Shown: positions 36,171-61,854 of the stretch, one piece after another
How the letters are laid out: each line of letters begins with the position of its first letter
How positions within the stretch are numbered: position 1 is the first letter of the stretch
Source: Macrostomum lignano
Lineage: Eukaryota
Direction of reading: 5' to 3'
DNA: 64,000 nt
Assembly: GCA_002269645.1 (NCBI GenBank)
Contig: NIVC01003812.1
Location: 1-64,000, forward strand
Made by a program: the position numbers and the translations under genes
The notes under the pieces: generated by a model
Told to the model about the DNA's origin: nothing
What the model saw: the letters and a program-made list of their open reading frames with translations, nothing else
Database searches by the model: none

Positions 36171-37400
36171 GCCAATTTATCCCAACCTTAATGTACACGC
36201 ACTCAGTTATCTAAGTTATCTATGCATACAAGATCTACATGTATAGCGAATGGTATACGCAAGCTAACAGTTGTATGCAAATAATGGAGATATCCCTGAC
36301 CCTAACTTAATATTTTCCTCCGTAAATTTCCTAATGTTAAAGTAAAAAAACACTGGAAACAGATACAAATCAATTGCGTATTTCAAATTTATTTTCTCCA
36401 ATTAACTGTTTGTTTAATTCAAGACTTGCCGTCTTCAATATATTACTACATCACCTTCAATCACTTGGACAAGGCAAACCAGAGAGAGGAGAAGCACTGG
36501 CGGCTTACAGTTTAAGCTTAAATCCTTCGCAGAAAAAGAAAGAATTGAAATCATCAGAGAGCTGCTTTCAAACTGCAGTGACATTGCTGGGGGAGGAATT
36601 ATTGCTGAATATTAATAACAAACTTGCCTATAAATACAGGATGCAGTTGTCCGAGAAGAGTATATAGCAATTCTAAAACCAAAGTTGAACAGCACGTCCA
36701 AGCAAAAGCAGAGGCAAATGCTAGGGCTTTGAATGGATGCAGCACTTGTTGATTAATTTTATTAAAATAGGAAATATTAATAAACCAGCAAAACGAAGAT
36801 GGCACGGCGGGCAACCGGATATTAAACTGTCGGCTGAAGTGCTCAATGTTTTAAGCCAAATTGCAAATAAAAGTACAACTGATAACTTTCATAGCGAAAA
36901 AGCAAATCTGCTGCTTATATTACCGAATGATACTACTTTAAATCAGCTATTCAAGCAGTAGCAAAATGTGCACATTAGTGTCTGATTAAATATGCTATTA
37001 TAAAACTATTAAGTTTTGCTAATTAATTTTGAGTGTTTTCCCAGTCTGCTGTGTTTTTTAGTTTGATTCTCTCTCTCTCCAGCTGACACACAGCAAACAA
37101 ACAAACAGGAAGCAGCGCACAGTAGAAAAACAAGCTGGATTATAACAATAATGGATAGAAAACAAAGACACAAAAAAAGCAATAAAAAAGAATAAATTGA
37201 AAATTATTATTTCATAAGTAGTATACGAGCGTATATCCATACAGCAGCTTGCTGTGTGTAGAAAAAACCAACGGTATTGTAGCAAACCTACCAAAGCATA
37301 CTACTACATATACTACTATGCATTTTGCTAGAATTTTGTGTGGGCGGCGGACCGAGGGGAGGCCGATTTCGGTGAGTGAGTTCTGCTTTTTATCATAACG

Positions 37401-37414
37401 GTTTCCATGGCAAC
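37401..37414. promoter_or_regulatory. X-box-like palindrome just past the CCT3 stop
   Basis: GTTTCCATGGCAAC. Confidence 0.45.
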
Positions 37415-37452
37415 AATAAACGGTGCATTGCTAGTCAGCAGTAGTTCAGTCT

Positions 37453-38933
37453 TCACTCGTCGCCTCCGGCAGCTGGCTGCGCAGCTTCGTTAGCGGCAGC
37501 TTTGGCCGCGGCGGCGGCGCCCTCAACGCCGCCCTTCTTCGTGCCCGACACGATGTCGTCAATGCGGAGCAGAAGGATGGCCGTCTGCGAGGGACATGGC
37601 GGTTTTGAGAACAGGTGAGGCTTTTAAGGTGAACAGGTGAGGATTCTAAGGTGAACAGGTGAGGATTCTCAGGTGAACAGGTGAGGATTCTCAGGTGAAC
37701 AGGTGAGGATTCTCAGGTGAACAGGTGAGGATTCTCAGGTGAACAGGTGGGGATTCTAAGCTGAACAGCTGGGGATTCTAAGCTGAACAGCTGGGGATTC
37801 TCAGGTGAACAGGTGAGGATTCTCAGGTGAACAGGTGAGGATTCTCAGGTGAACAGGTGAGGATTCTCAGGTGAACAGGTGAGGATTCTCAGGTGAACAG
37901 GTGGGGATTCTAAGCTGAACAGCTGGGGATTCTAAGCTGAACAGCTGGGGATTCTCAGGTGAACAGGTGAGGATTCTCAGGTGAACAGGTGAGGATTCTC
38001 AGGTGATCAGGTGAGGATTCTCAGGTGAACAGGTGGGGATTCTAAGCTGAACAGCTGGAGATTCTAAGCTGAACAGCTGGGGATTCTCAGGTGAACAGGT
38101 GAGGATTCTCAGGTGAACAGGTGCGGATTCTAAGGTGAACAGGTGAGGATTCTCAGGTGAACAGGTGAGGATTTTCAGGTGAACAGGTGAGGATTTTCAG
38201 GTGAACAGGTGAGGATTCTCAGGTGAACAGGTGAGGATTCTCAGGTGAACAGGTGCGGATTCTCAGGTGAACAGGTGAGGATTCTCAGGTGAACAGGTGC
38301 GGATTCTCAGGTGAACAGGTGAGGATTGTAGCCGGTCTTGAAGGCTGAAGAATATTGACCCGGTGCACATTTCAGCACAAAAAAAGAATGTAAAATCTCG
38401 CAGCTTCTCACCTCAGTGGCGGTCTTGAGCACCTGATTTTTAACGCTGAGCGGCTCCCAGATGCCGTCAGCCTTCATGTGGCGCAGTTTGCCCGTCTCGC
38501 CGTCCACGCCCCACATCCAGTCCTCCGGCTCCGTGCCCGCGTGCTTCGCCCTCAGCGCCGTCAGAGTCCTGATGACGTTGGCGCCACAGTTCTGGATGAG
38601 GGTGCGCGGGATCACCTCCAGGGCCGCGGCCAGGGCGCGGTAGGGGCCCTGGTGCACCGTGGTGAGCGCTTTGCCCTTCTCCGACACCGCGTGGGCGATG
38701 GCCATCTCGAAGGCGCCGCCGCCCGGGCAGAGCTTCGGCTTCAAGACGATGTTGCGGGCAACGTTAAGGGCGTCATTGAGGCTGCGGTCCATCTCGTTCA
38801 GGATGTCCTTGCTGGGGCCGCGCAGCACGATGGTGCAGGCCTTCGGGTTGCGGCACTGCACCAGGTACGAGTAGTACTCATCACCGATCTTGCGCACCTG
38901 CGGGTGGGGAGCGGGACTGGGTTAGCTGGGGGC

Positions 38934-39012
<79 letters not shown>

Positions 39013-42000
39013 CACACAGACAGCTCACAGACAGGCACACAGACAGACACAGACAGGCACACAGACAGACACACAGACAGGCACACAGACAGACAGACAC
39101 ACAGACAGGCACACAGACAGGCACACAGACAGCTCACAGACAGACACACAGACAGGCACACACAGGCACACAGACAGACACAGACAGGCACACAGACAGA
39201 CAGACACACAGACAGGCACACAGACAGACACACAGACAGACAGACACACAGACAGGCACACAGACAGGCACACAGACAGACACACAGACAGACACACAGA
39301 TAGGCACACAGACAGACACACAGACAGACACACAGACAGGCACACAGACAGACAGACACACAGACAGGCACACAGACAGGCACACAGACAGCTCACAGAC
39401 AGACACACAGACAGGCACACACAGGCACACAGACAGACACAGACAGGTACACAGACAGACAGACACACAGACAGGCACACAGACAGACACACAGACAGAC
39501 ACAGACAGACACAGACAGGCACACAGACAGACAGACACACAGACAGGCACACAGACAGGCACACAGACAGCTCACAGACAGCTCACAGACAGGCACACAG
39601 ACAGGCACACAGACAGGCACACAGATAGGCACACAGACAGACACAGACAGACACACAGACAGGCACATAGACAGCTCACAGACAGGCACACAGACAGGCA
39701 CACAGACAGGCACACAGACAGGCACACAGACAGACACACAGACAGGCACACAGACAGACAGACACAGACAGGCACACAGACAGGCACACAGACAGCTCAC
39801 AGACAGGCACACAGACAGGCACACAGACAGGCACACAGATAGGCACACAGACAGACACACAGACAGACACACAGACAGGCACATAGACAGCTCACAGACC
39901 TCAAACAGGCCACAGCCAGTGCCAATGTCCTCCTCCTTGAGCTCGTCAGGCCGGTTAACAATGGTGGCCCCGATGGCGCGGGCCACTCGCCACTGGTCGG
40001 TGCGGCGCAGGCGGCGCAGCACGGACACGCCGGCCTTGACCAGGTAGTGCTGGGCGAGGTCGCTGACGCCCTTCTCGGTGATGACCAGGTCGGGCTTGAC
40101 GGCCAGCACAGCCTGGCAGACGGTCTTGATGTACTCTTCCTCCAGCTGCAGCAGGCGCGTGAAGTCCTCCTCCTGGCGGATTTCCACATTGGTCTGGCTC
40201 TCGCCTTTCTTGTACTCGAGGTCGCAGTCCAGCAGCACAATGCGCGGATTGGCAATGCGCCGGCGCATCTGCGGGTGCACCACGTCCTTGTTGATCATGA
40301 TGCCGTCCAGCACGCAGGAGTCCTCGATGCTGCCGCCAGGAATTTTCTCAATGCGAGCGTAGCGCTTGATGTCGATTTCCTGGGCCTGGCCGTCCGACCC
40401 CCTCTCCTTGTGCACCGTGCGCACCGCGTCCAGGGCGATGCGGCAGGCCACCTGGTTCCACTGGGTGTGCACTCGGGTGCCGAGGCAGGTGCGGATCAGC
40501 TCGTGCATCTTGTCCGTGTCGTTGGTGTCCACGTCTACGGAGTAGCGACTGGAGGCCTGCGGGTTCGGGGCGAGATTGTTGAGATTCAGGGATGAGATTC
40601 AGGAATGAGATTGCTCAGATTCAGGAATGAGATAATTCAGATCCACGGATGAGATAGTTGAGATTCAGGGGTGAGATTGCTGAGATTCAGGCAGGAGAAA
40701 GTTGAGATTCAGGGATGAGATAGTTAAGATTCTGAGGTGAGATTTCTGAGATTCAGGAATGAGATAGTTGAGATTAAGGGGTGGGAGGGACTTTTGAGAT
40801 TCAGGGATGAGATAATTCAGATTCTGATGTGAGATTGCTGAGATTCAGGGATAAGATAGTTAAGAATCAGGGGTGAGATCGTTGAGATTCAGGGATGAGA
40901 TTTGTGAGATTCAGGGTGAGATAATTGAGATTCAAGGATGAGATAGTTAAAATGAGATTTAGGAGATTCAGGAGTGGGATAGTTGAGATTCGGGGATGTA
41001 ATTATTGAGATTCGGGATGTAATTATTGAGATTCAGGGGTGAGATAGTTGAGATTCAGGTGTGAGATAGTTGAGAGTCAGGGGTGAGATAGTTGAGATTC
41101 AGGTGTGAGATAGTTGAGATTCAGGGGTGAGATATTTGAGATTCAGGGATGAGATTATTGAGATTCAGGGATGATATTATTGAGATTCAGGGGGTGACAT
41201 TAAACCAGCCAGTATTGGAGTTAGTACTGCTCACCATCTCGAGCATATCCTCCAGCGCCTGCCTGTAGGCGGTGATGATAATGGTAGGATGGATGCTCTG
41301 CTCCAGAAAAGCGGTGGACACGGCCAGGATCTCCCCAGCCAGGATGATCACGGAGGTGGTGCCGTCGCCCACTTCCTCGTCCTGGGTGCGGGCGATCTCG
41401 ATCATGCTCTTGGCGGCCGGGTGCTGCACGGTGATCTCGCGCAGGATGGCATTGCCATCGTTGGTCATGACAATGCCGCCCATGGGGTCCATGAGCATTT
41501 TGAGCATAGCCTGGGGGCCCAGGCATGTACGAATGACATCAGCCACAGTCTTGGCAGACTGGATGTTGGTCAGTTGAACTTTGCGACCTTGCTCGCGTTT
41601 GGTGTTTTGATCTAGTTATGGGGGTGGGGTTGGACAGATGGGGTTGGAACTGCAGTGCAGGGTTGAATATGCAGCAAACACAATACATGTTGGAATTTGA
41701 ATTTTTTATTCATTTGATAACAAACATAACTTAAGCTCTGATGTTAGTTTTTTAATGCCGTATAAAACACTAGGAATCAAAATACTCTTAGTAATAATAA
41801 GCACTTTCAATTAAAAAATTGACTTTATTAGCAGATTTTCTGTAAATTAACTATCTGATGCCATTGTCCACAAATCATTTTCAAATGTAACTTTTAAAAA
41901 TTGTATTCATTTTTATTTATGCATGTATACAATGCCATTGCTAGTTTTTATTCTGAATTCATAGATAGCCAGCATCAACCTGGTCCATTGCACCAAGTGT

Positions 42001-43877
42001 GTAGCCACCATCAAAATTCTGGCATAAATAATGAAAATTCATCAATTTTCTTCCAGAACAAACACAAGTAAGAAAGATTATAGGCCCAGAATTATTATTT
42101 AAAAGTTAAAATAAACTAATTAAGAGAATTTATAAGTACCAATAGAAATTAATTATAGTGTCTACTCAAGCAGTAGGAATAATGCAATGGCATATGATAC
42201 ATACAAGGTTTTTTTTATTTTTGAGATATATTGAAACTAAAAATGTCTTAAGCAAGATTTGTCAAGTATCATTGATGCTTTCCTACTTAAAAAAATGGGG
42301 GAGACTATCTATCAGTGGTTTATGTGCTGCATATGCTTTATTACACTTTACATACATGCGCAACCCCCCCCCCTGATTTACACTGGCCATGCGACTTACT
42401 TTTTGACCAAAAATGCAACTTACTTGTGAAGGAAACCTTAAAGCAAAATTAAAATTTTTAGGTAAATGGCAGGAGTAACTTTGACTGTCCCATCAGGCCA
42501 AAATGCCTCGGCATCTAATTAGTACTATGTCCATATTCTTTGGGGTGGCATTTTAGCGACTTACCCCTGGTCCACCACAATTTATGGTGGCCAGATCAGC
42601 CAGCAGTTGCACATGTATGCTTTATTGCATCTCTTGAGTGAAGTAAGTCATTTTAATTCAAATTTAATCCCAAGTTTTAGTTATCTCAACCATTAACAAG
42701 GTTTTGGACTTCAGATTTCAAAATGTGTGCAAAAATAGTTTCAGGGATTTAATATTTGAAATCAAAGGGTTTAAAATCTATGGGTATTAACAGCTTATAA
42801 AAAATTAATAAGAAAACCATTCTTCCTTTGTTATCTTTTATGTATCTTCTCAATAGGCTTTGTCTTTCAGTTTTTAGTGTATAGTAAATAAATATACTAA
42901 TAAATAGCATATGTATTGTCAAGTAAACTAAATTTGTCAACAATGCATGGTAAGGTAAACTCCATAGTCTGGATCATGCTAGGTGTACGCCTAAACAAAA
43001 ATTGATAGGTACAAATGCACACCAAAAAAAATTTGAGTGCATGCCCATTCTTAAAACTTTGCCAATGTTGCAACAATAAATGACCTTCTTACATTGTAAG
43101 AATAAATTTATACCTTTTTTCATTGTATAATAGACCATTTTTGACAGATAATTTGGTTAATTTTCTGCCTTTTTGGCAATACTATGCCTATATACAATGG
43201 AAAATTGATACATGCAAAGATTTCTTTAAATGCCTTATTACAAGCTTAAAAATCCAGAAAGTGGGAAATTTATGCTTAAGAATGAACTTTTTTTACCTTT
43301 TTTCTACTTTATAATAACTCCTCTGTGTGATTCTATAAAGTGCATGCCAGGTGTATTTTCTTAGAAGTGATGCATGCCAACTGTGCACGCCTACTTTTGG
43401 CATGCAAGGCCAATGCATGCCCAAATTTTTGGGGCGTATACTACATGATCTAGAGTGTGGGGTAAACTGGATTTGTCATAGAGTTGACAAATTTGGCGGC
43501 ACCTTTGTTTTAGCAGTGCATAGCATACAGCAACAGATTCAGATGTTTTTATTCTGATGAATATTCTGCACTTTATTGTATATTTTAATGGGCATGGCTT
43601 AAAATTCTAAATAAGTATATTGTTAAAACTTAACAACTAACTTGTTAATACATTTGATTATTAGCTTTTCAGCTATTTGATGACAAATTCTATTTATAGC
43701 TAATTGCTTTAATGCCCATCCTATTTCTTCTTTATAATCTTAGACTTTTGTGAATAACTAAAAAGTAGTTGTGCTTTGGAAAAGAATAAAATATGTAATA
43801 TGTAATAAAATTTCAATAGGATAATGTCATAAGTAGAAATGCTTACTCAAGACGATAACGGGAGTGCCTCCAGACAT
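37453..43877 (-). CDS. CCT3: T-complex protein 1 subunit gamma (CCT3), 5 exons, 560 aa
   Basis: Exons 43877-43847, 41611-41235, 40556-39900, 38897-38412, 37584-37453 total 1683 nt, intact and in frame. Motifs: [95 protein letters not shown]. Confidence 0.98.
37610..38325. repeat. 22-bp array GGATTCTCAGGTGAACAGGTGA, CCT3 intron 4
   Basis: Read directly. Confidence 0.93.
38932..39899. repeat. GACA/CACA compound repeat filling CCT3 intron 3
   Basis: Extends to the donor GT at 39899-98. Confidence 0.93.
40575..41190. repeat. Degenerate 22-bp array GAGATAGTTGAGATTCAGGGGT, CCT3 intron 2
   Basis: Read directly. Confidence 0.88.
42962..43460. mobile_element. MITE with imperfect TIRs and 8-bp TSD, in CCT3 intron 1
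   Basis: Direct repeat GGTAAACT at 42954-61 and 43461-68. TIR CCATAGTCTGGATCATG versus the reverse complement of the other end, CCACACTCTAGATCATG (14/17). Confidence 0.6.
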
Positions 43878-44281
43878 TTTCGAATTTCGTTCAGCAAGTT
43901 TCTAGGTACAGATAAAAATACAAAATGCGTGAATAGTTATTACAGTAACAGGTGTAGGCCGTAGGGTGACAGGTAAAGAAGTAGAAGTTGGCGAAGTGTG
44001 CAAAAATGCATGGTAATTTGAATTTTCGCCCGACCCGTATTATTAATAATAATGGTTAAAACAAGTGCAAACTTTTATTACATGTTCAGAATCTTTTGAG
44101 TGAAGGTGTTTCTTTAAATAGCCCTAAATTTACTTTTATTTATATTCACGTCTGATTTTCTTTGTCTTGATTACAACTTTAAAGTGGCAGTGTAGTAACC
44201 ACGTTTTTTAAATTAAATTTATCAATCGTATTTTGCAGCGTCTCAATGTTTTGAACCATCTTACATTGTAAAGATAGTAAG
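43878..44281. promoter_or_regulatory. Short divergent (bidirectional) promoter region between CCT3 and CFAP210
   Basis: 404 bp separate the two outward-facing ATGs. Confidence 0.7.
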
Positions 44282-53046
<8,765 letters not shown>

Positions 53047-53510
53047 AAACGTTTTTTACGGAATATATCAAAAATTAACGAAATATGCTTACTATGCTAC
53101 TAACGATCGAGAACAGTAGAGTGTAAAGGTTTTCAAACGGATCCCGCTATTATTAATTATTGTCGCCTATCAAACTAAAAGTTATTTTCAACGCTCATTT
53201 GTTGGTCTAGGATAGTGCTGATATGTATCGAAAATTACATAATATCAGTAATAATTTGTAATTCCAATTAATTAACATTGCATAGAGATTAGAAAGCAGG
53301 CCAACCGCGTGAAAAGCCCAGCGTCCTTTGCCCCAAATATCAATCTGTTTTGGATATCCCGCTTTGAGCGAACGGAGAAAAAAGTTTTACAACACTAAAT
53401 ATACATGCCATTCACAAGATTGAGTGTTTCCTTTTCGAAGTTTAATTTGTTACAGTGGCTTTGTGATGGTTTTTTAAAGTGAAATATAAATCCTTCCACC
53501 ATTTAGAGAC

Positions 53511-56450
<2,940 letters not shown>

Positions 56451-56596
56451 GGAGACAAAGGGATGACAGAGAGGTGGAGCACAAATCAATGCCTTCGGGA
56501 GGGCTGCGGGCACCCTGTCGCGACATCGTCACGCAGCACCAGCGCTGACGGCGGCCATTCTGCCCATTCCGCTGAGTCCTGAGCTCACACAAGCGC

Positions 56597-57210
56597 TCAG
56601 GATGCACACGCTCACACAGGGTGTACAGCGGCCATAGCATGTACATGCACACGCTCACACAGGGTGTACAGCGGCCATAGCATGTACATGCACACGCTCA
56701 CACAGGGTGTACAGCGGCCATAGCATGTACATGCACACGCTCACACAGGGTGTACAGCGGCCATAGCATGTACATGCACACGCTCACACAGGGTGTACAG
56801 CGGCCATAGCATGTACATGCACACGCTCACACAGGGTGTACAGCGGCCATAGCATGTACATGCACACGCTCACACAGGGTGTACAGCGGCCATAGCATGT
56901 ACATGCACACGCTCACACAGGGTGTACAGCGGCCATAGCATGTACATGCACACGCTCACACAGGGTGTACAGCGGCCATAGCATGTACATCCACACGCTC
57001 ACACAGGGCGTACAGCGGCCATAGCATGTACATGCACACGCTCACACAGGGTGTACAGCGGCCATAGCATGTACATGCACACGCTCACACAGGGTGTACA
57101 GCGGCCATAGCATGTACATGCACACGCTCACACAGGGTGTACAGCGGCCATAGCATGTACATGCACACGCTCACACAGGGTGTACAGCGGCCATAGCATG
57201 TACATGTACA
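56597..57210. repeat. 43-bp array CACACGCTCACACAGGGTGTACAGCGGCCATAGCATGTACATG
   Basis: Period of 43 counted, about 14 copies. Confidence 0.95.
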
Positions 57211-57799
57211 CTCTTTTTGGCGCTGAGCTGCTCCGGCCTTCGGACAAAGAGAGAGTTAAAGAGATGCAGCGCGCCGGAGTGAATGGGTGATGAAAAGGGC
57301 AGTGAGGCACGGCAGACCCAGCTGCTATTCCTCATCATCAATTGGCAGGCAGTTCACCTGCGAATTCAACCTATAATTAGCGACTCCCAAAGTCAGGCTT
57401 AATGAAGTTTTGACAAATCACTCGCCCAAAGCTGAGGCCAATAAGCAAAGGGGCTCTCTGATCATCATTGATATTGCTAATCTTCTTGGTTGCTAGGGCC
57501 ATTGCGACATTCGAGTTGCATAGCAGCTGGCTGGGGGTTAAACAGAGACCCACATTTTTGCGTGCAGTTGAGTCATTGCTGGGGTGAATTCCGCCTGGGG
57601 CCGTTAATTTTGTTCATCTGCCTGCTGGGGTCATTCAGCCGGAACTCAGAGCATACAGAGCTTGCCTTGCAGGCCTCACAATACGCCTGTTCGGATAGCT
57701 AGACTGGCGAAATTGGGCCGGGATGGAAATGAGTCACCAAGATATTCGATAGCAGCGACCTTCAGGGCGGTGCAGCCGCCGGCCGGGTCATCACAGACT

Positions 57800-58225
57800 C
57801 ACAGTCTTCACAGTCACAGTCATTTACAGTCAGTCATTCACAGTCAGTCATTCACAGTCACAGTCATTCACAGTCAGTCATTCACAGTCACAGTCATTCA
57901 CAGTCACAATTATTCATAGTCACAGTCATTCACAGTCACATTCATTGTTCACAATCACAGTCATTCACAGTCACAGTCATTCACAGCCACAGTCATTCAC
58001 AGTCAGTCATTCACAGTCACAGTCATTCACAGTCAGTCATTCACAGTCAGTCATTCACAGTCACAGTCATTCACAGTCAGTCATTCACAGTCACAGTCAT
58101 TCACAGTCAGTCATTCACAGTCACAGTCATTCACAGTCACAATTATTCATAGTCACAGTCATTCACAGTCACATTCATTGTTCACAATCACAGTCATTCA
58201 CAGTCACAGTCATTCACAGCCACAG
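57800..58225. repeat. CACAGTCATT/CAGT compound array
   Basis: Read directly. Confidence 0.9.
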
Positions 58226-58789
58226 TCATGGGCATGATTTCTATTTTTAGCACAATCCATTTCGCTGCGTTCAGAAAAAAGAAAGCCAGCGAGACTCAAG
58301 CAGTTTTTTCGACTCAGGAAGTGAGAAGGTCCGGGTGATTTAAAAGCCTAACAGGATTATAATTCTGTCCCAGATAAAGACAAACTTATAAAAATTGTAT
58401 AGATATAATTTATTTCATCATTTTCACAACATCTCATGAAAACGGTATTCCATATTCTCGCATTCCTACTAACCAAAGTAGAGCAGTTGACAATTGATTC
58501 ACTATGCATGCGAAAATGTCAATGAATTCGTTATTGCTTAGTTTAGCATCTATGCAAAAATTCCTATGAGACAAGCAGCAATATTCAGCGGCTGGGTGTT
58601 CCAATCTAACATGCGAATAAAATTAAATAAATAAATAGTTTGACGTATTGCGCTGAGTAAAAGCTGAGAAAAAAGAATTTGAAGAAACCAATGACTCCCC
58701 AGTAACTCATAGTTGCAACTTTTTGGCATAAGTTTCAATAATGATCGATTTGTGTACAGGCGGGATGACCATGCTTTTGCTGGGAAACT

Positions 58790-61440
58790 GAGATGTAAGG
58801 AGAGAGGGAAGGTGTGATAAACAAGGAGAGGGAGGGTGAGAGTTAAGGTTAGAGGGAAGGTTAGAGGGAGGGAGAAAGGGAGGGTTAGAGGGAGGGTGAG
58901 AGATAGGGTGAGAGGGAGACGGTGAAGTGGAGAGAGTCAGAGAGAGGTTGCGAGGGAGGGTTAGAGGGAGGGAGAGAGGGAGGGAGAGAGGGAGGGTGAG
59001 AGGGAGGGTGAAAGCGAGGCGAACAGCAATTTAAAAGCATTTGAGGCAAAGGATAAATATGTAAAGCGGAAAATTGCATCAAACAACTGAAAACTATTGC
59101 AACGGCAGTCGGGAATAAAAGTGGGTGTTTCACTAAGCACTCAAAACCGACAATGGAATATGAGATGTCATTTTTAATGACATGAAACTGGAGTCGGATT
59201 GCCAAGCCAAATCTTCTTCTAGAAGTGAGGCAAGGAGCTTCAAGCGCCTACTTGGCATTGGCTGACTGGTGGGCGAACAGGTAGCTCAGGTGGTACTGAT
59301 TGCCCGTCTGAAATTGGAGTTGTATGGGATTTTAAAACTTGTGCCAACAAAAATATTGAATGCAAAAGATGGGGAAAGAGAGAGGGGAGGGACATAGAGA
59401 GAAAGAGAGAGATGGAGAGGAAGAGGGAGAGGGGGAGGGAGAGAGAGAGGGAGAGGGAGAGGGGGAGAGAGATGGAGAGGGAGAGGGAGAGGGAGAGGAG
59501 AGGGAGAGAAATGGGGTAGGGAGGGAGGGAGAGAAATTGAGTCGGGAGAGATTGAGAGGGAGATTGAGATGGAGACGGAGAGAGAGATGGAGAGGGCGAG
59601 GGAGATGGAGAGGGGAGGGTAGAGTGGCAGCGGGAGAGGGAGAGGAAGAGGGAGACGGAGAGGGAGATGGAGAGGGGAGGGTAGAGTGGCAGCGGGAGAG
59701 GGAAAGGAAGAGGGAGATGGAGAGGGAGATGGAGAGGGGGAAGGAGATTGAGAGGGAGGTTGAGAGGGAGACGGTGAAGTGGGAGAGTCAGAGAGAGGCT
59801 GAGGGGGAGACTAGTGCGAGAGAATGAGATGAACATTATCCCCAAGGCGGGATTTCCAATTGCAATAAGAGTCATGCAGTCAGAAGGGGCCAAACCCCTT
59901 TCTCGAGCAACAACCGGAGGCACGTGATGAGGGCCTGGTCTAAATTTGGAGAAAAAACATCGATAGGAAATCTGAGACGGGAATCCTGGATGGTGGGCGC
60001 ATCTGTCCTCCTTTCGCGAAATCGCCCCACTTTGTGCCAAAAAAATCTCTTTCACAACAACTCGCAGTTATCCAATTCATTACAGTTGGACCACCTGGTG
60101 CGCTAATTAACCTGGCTCGTAAAGAAATCACAATTTTTTATGATTGAGGGATCTGACAATAAGAGCTGCTACTTATTAAATGATTTTTTCATTCGATTCA
60201 CATTTCTTTAATAATTTATTTTTTTTTGTATTCTTTTCGAAAGCTTGAGGTGAGATGCTTCTTTTAATCAGAAAAAAACATAGAGCGACTGAAGGATCTG
60301 AAGAGAGAACCTGGACTGGAATCCAGGTGGCGAGATGAAGTGGACTTCGAGATTGGAGAGATGGAGAGAGTGGAGTGAGAGAGGGTTAGCGGTAGAGAGG
60401 GAAAGAGAGGGAGATGAGGGGGAGAGGGGAAGAGGGAAAGGGAGAGAAAGAGGGAGGGGAGGGACAGAGGTAGATAGGGAGAGAGAGAGAGAGAGGGAGA
60501 GAGATAGAGAGGTAGAGAGGGAGAGAGGGAAATAAATGGAGTAGGGTAAAAGGGAGGGTAAGAGGGAGGGTTAGAGGGAGAGGAGAAGAGGGAGAGAAAA
60601 AGAGGGAGAGGAGAAGAAGGAGAGGCAGAGAGAAAGAGGGCGAGAGGGAGAGAAATGGGGTAGGGAGAGAGGGAGAGAAATGGGGCAGGGAGAGAGGGAG
60701 AGAGGGAGAGGAGAAGAAGGAGAGGGAGAGAGGGAGAGAAATGGGGTAGGGTGAGAGGGAGAGAAATGGGGTAGGGAGAGAGGGAGAGAAAAAGGGGGTA
60801 GGGAGAGAGGGAGAGAAATGGGGTAGGGAGAGAGGGAGAGAAATGGGGTAGGGAGAGAGGGAGAGAAATGGGGTAGGGAGAGAGGGAGAGAAATGGGGTA
60901 GGGAGAGAGGGAGAGAAATGGGGTAGGGAGAGAGGGAGAGAGGGAGAAGGAAAGAGGGAGAGAAATGGGGTAGGGAGAGAGGGAGAGAAATGGGGTAGGG
61001 AGAGAGGGAGAGAAATGGGGTAGGGAGAGAGGGAGAGAGGGAGAAGGAAAGAGGGAGAGAAATGGGGTAGGGAGAGAGGGAGAGAAATGGGGTAGGGAGA
61101 GAGGGAGAGAGGGAGAAGGAGAGAGGGAGAGAAATGGGGTTAGGGTGAGAGGGAGAGAAATGGGGTAGGGAGAGAGGGAGAGAGGGAGAAGGAGAGAGGG
61201 AGAGAAATGGGGTTAGGGTGAGAGGGAGAGAAATGGGGTAGGGAGAGAGGGAGAGAGGGAGAAGGAGAGAGGGAGAGAAATGGGGTTAGGGTGAGAGGGA
61301 GAGAAATGGGGTAGGGAGAGAGGGAGAGAAAGGGGATAGGGAGAGAGGGAGAGAGGGAGAGGAGAAGAAAGAGAGGCAGAGAGGGAGAGAAATGGGGTAG
61401 GGAGAGAGAGATGCAGAGGGAGACAGAGACGGAGGGAGAG
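58790..61440. repeat. GA-rich blocks (58790-59010, 59370-59820, 60340-61440), including a 25-bp unit GGGAGAGAAATGGGGTAGGGAGAGA
   Basis: Read directly. Confidence 0.88.
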
Positions 61441-61854
61441 ATCTATCCTATCAGCAACCCAGTCACTGGACAAGCCCAGCCTCGGTGCTACGCCATCCAG
61501 GCATAAAAGCCATAAAATTACAACTCAGCTCTGCAGAAGGAACTGAAATATGGCCGCAGTCTTTCTGAGGAAAATCCTTTGCATGGAGTTTTTGCCATTC
61601 CGTGTTCTTAATCGCCTGCGCAGTTGGGCGAACTGATCGGGCCAGCGGATCGGAATTGCGCCGCGCAGGAAGGGTGGGTGGGGGTTGGGCTAATTAGGCC
61701 AATTATCAGCGGCAGGTGCAGAAGCACTTATCGATAGGCAGGCCCCCCGCTAGCAATTTATGTTTAATCTCTAATTAGACGTATTGCGTTCAATTTTAAG
61801 GTTTGTGCTCAAGTTTTCAGTTGACTCTCCCCCCTAGGTAAAATCATGGATTCG

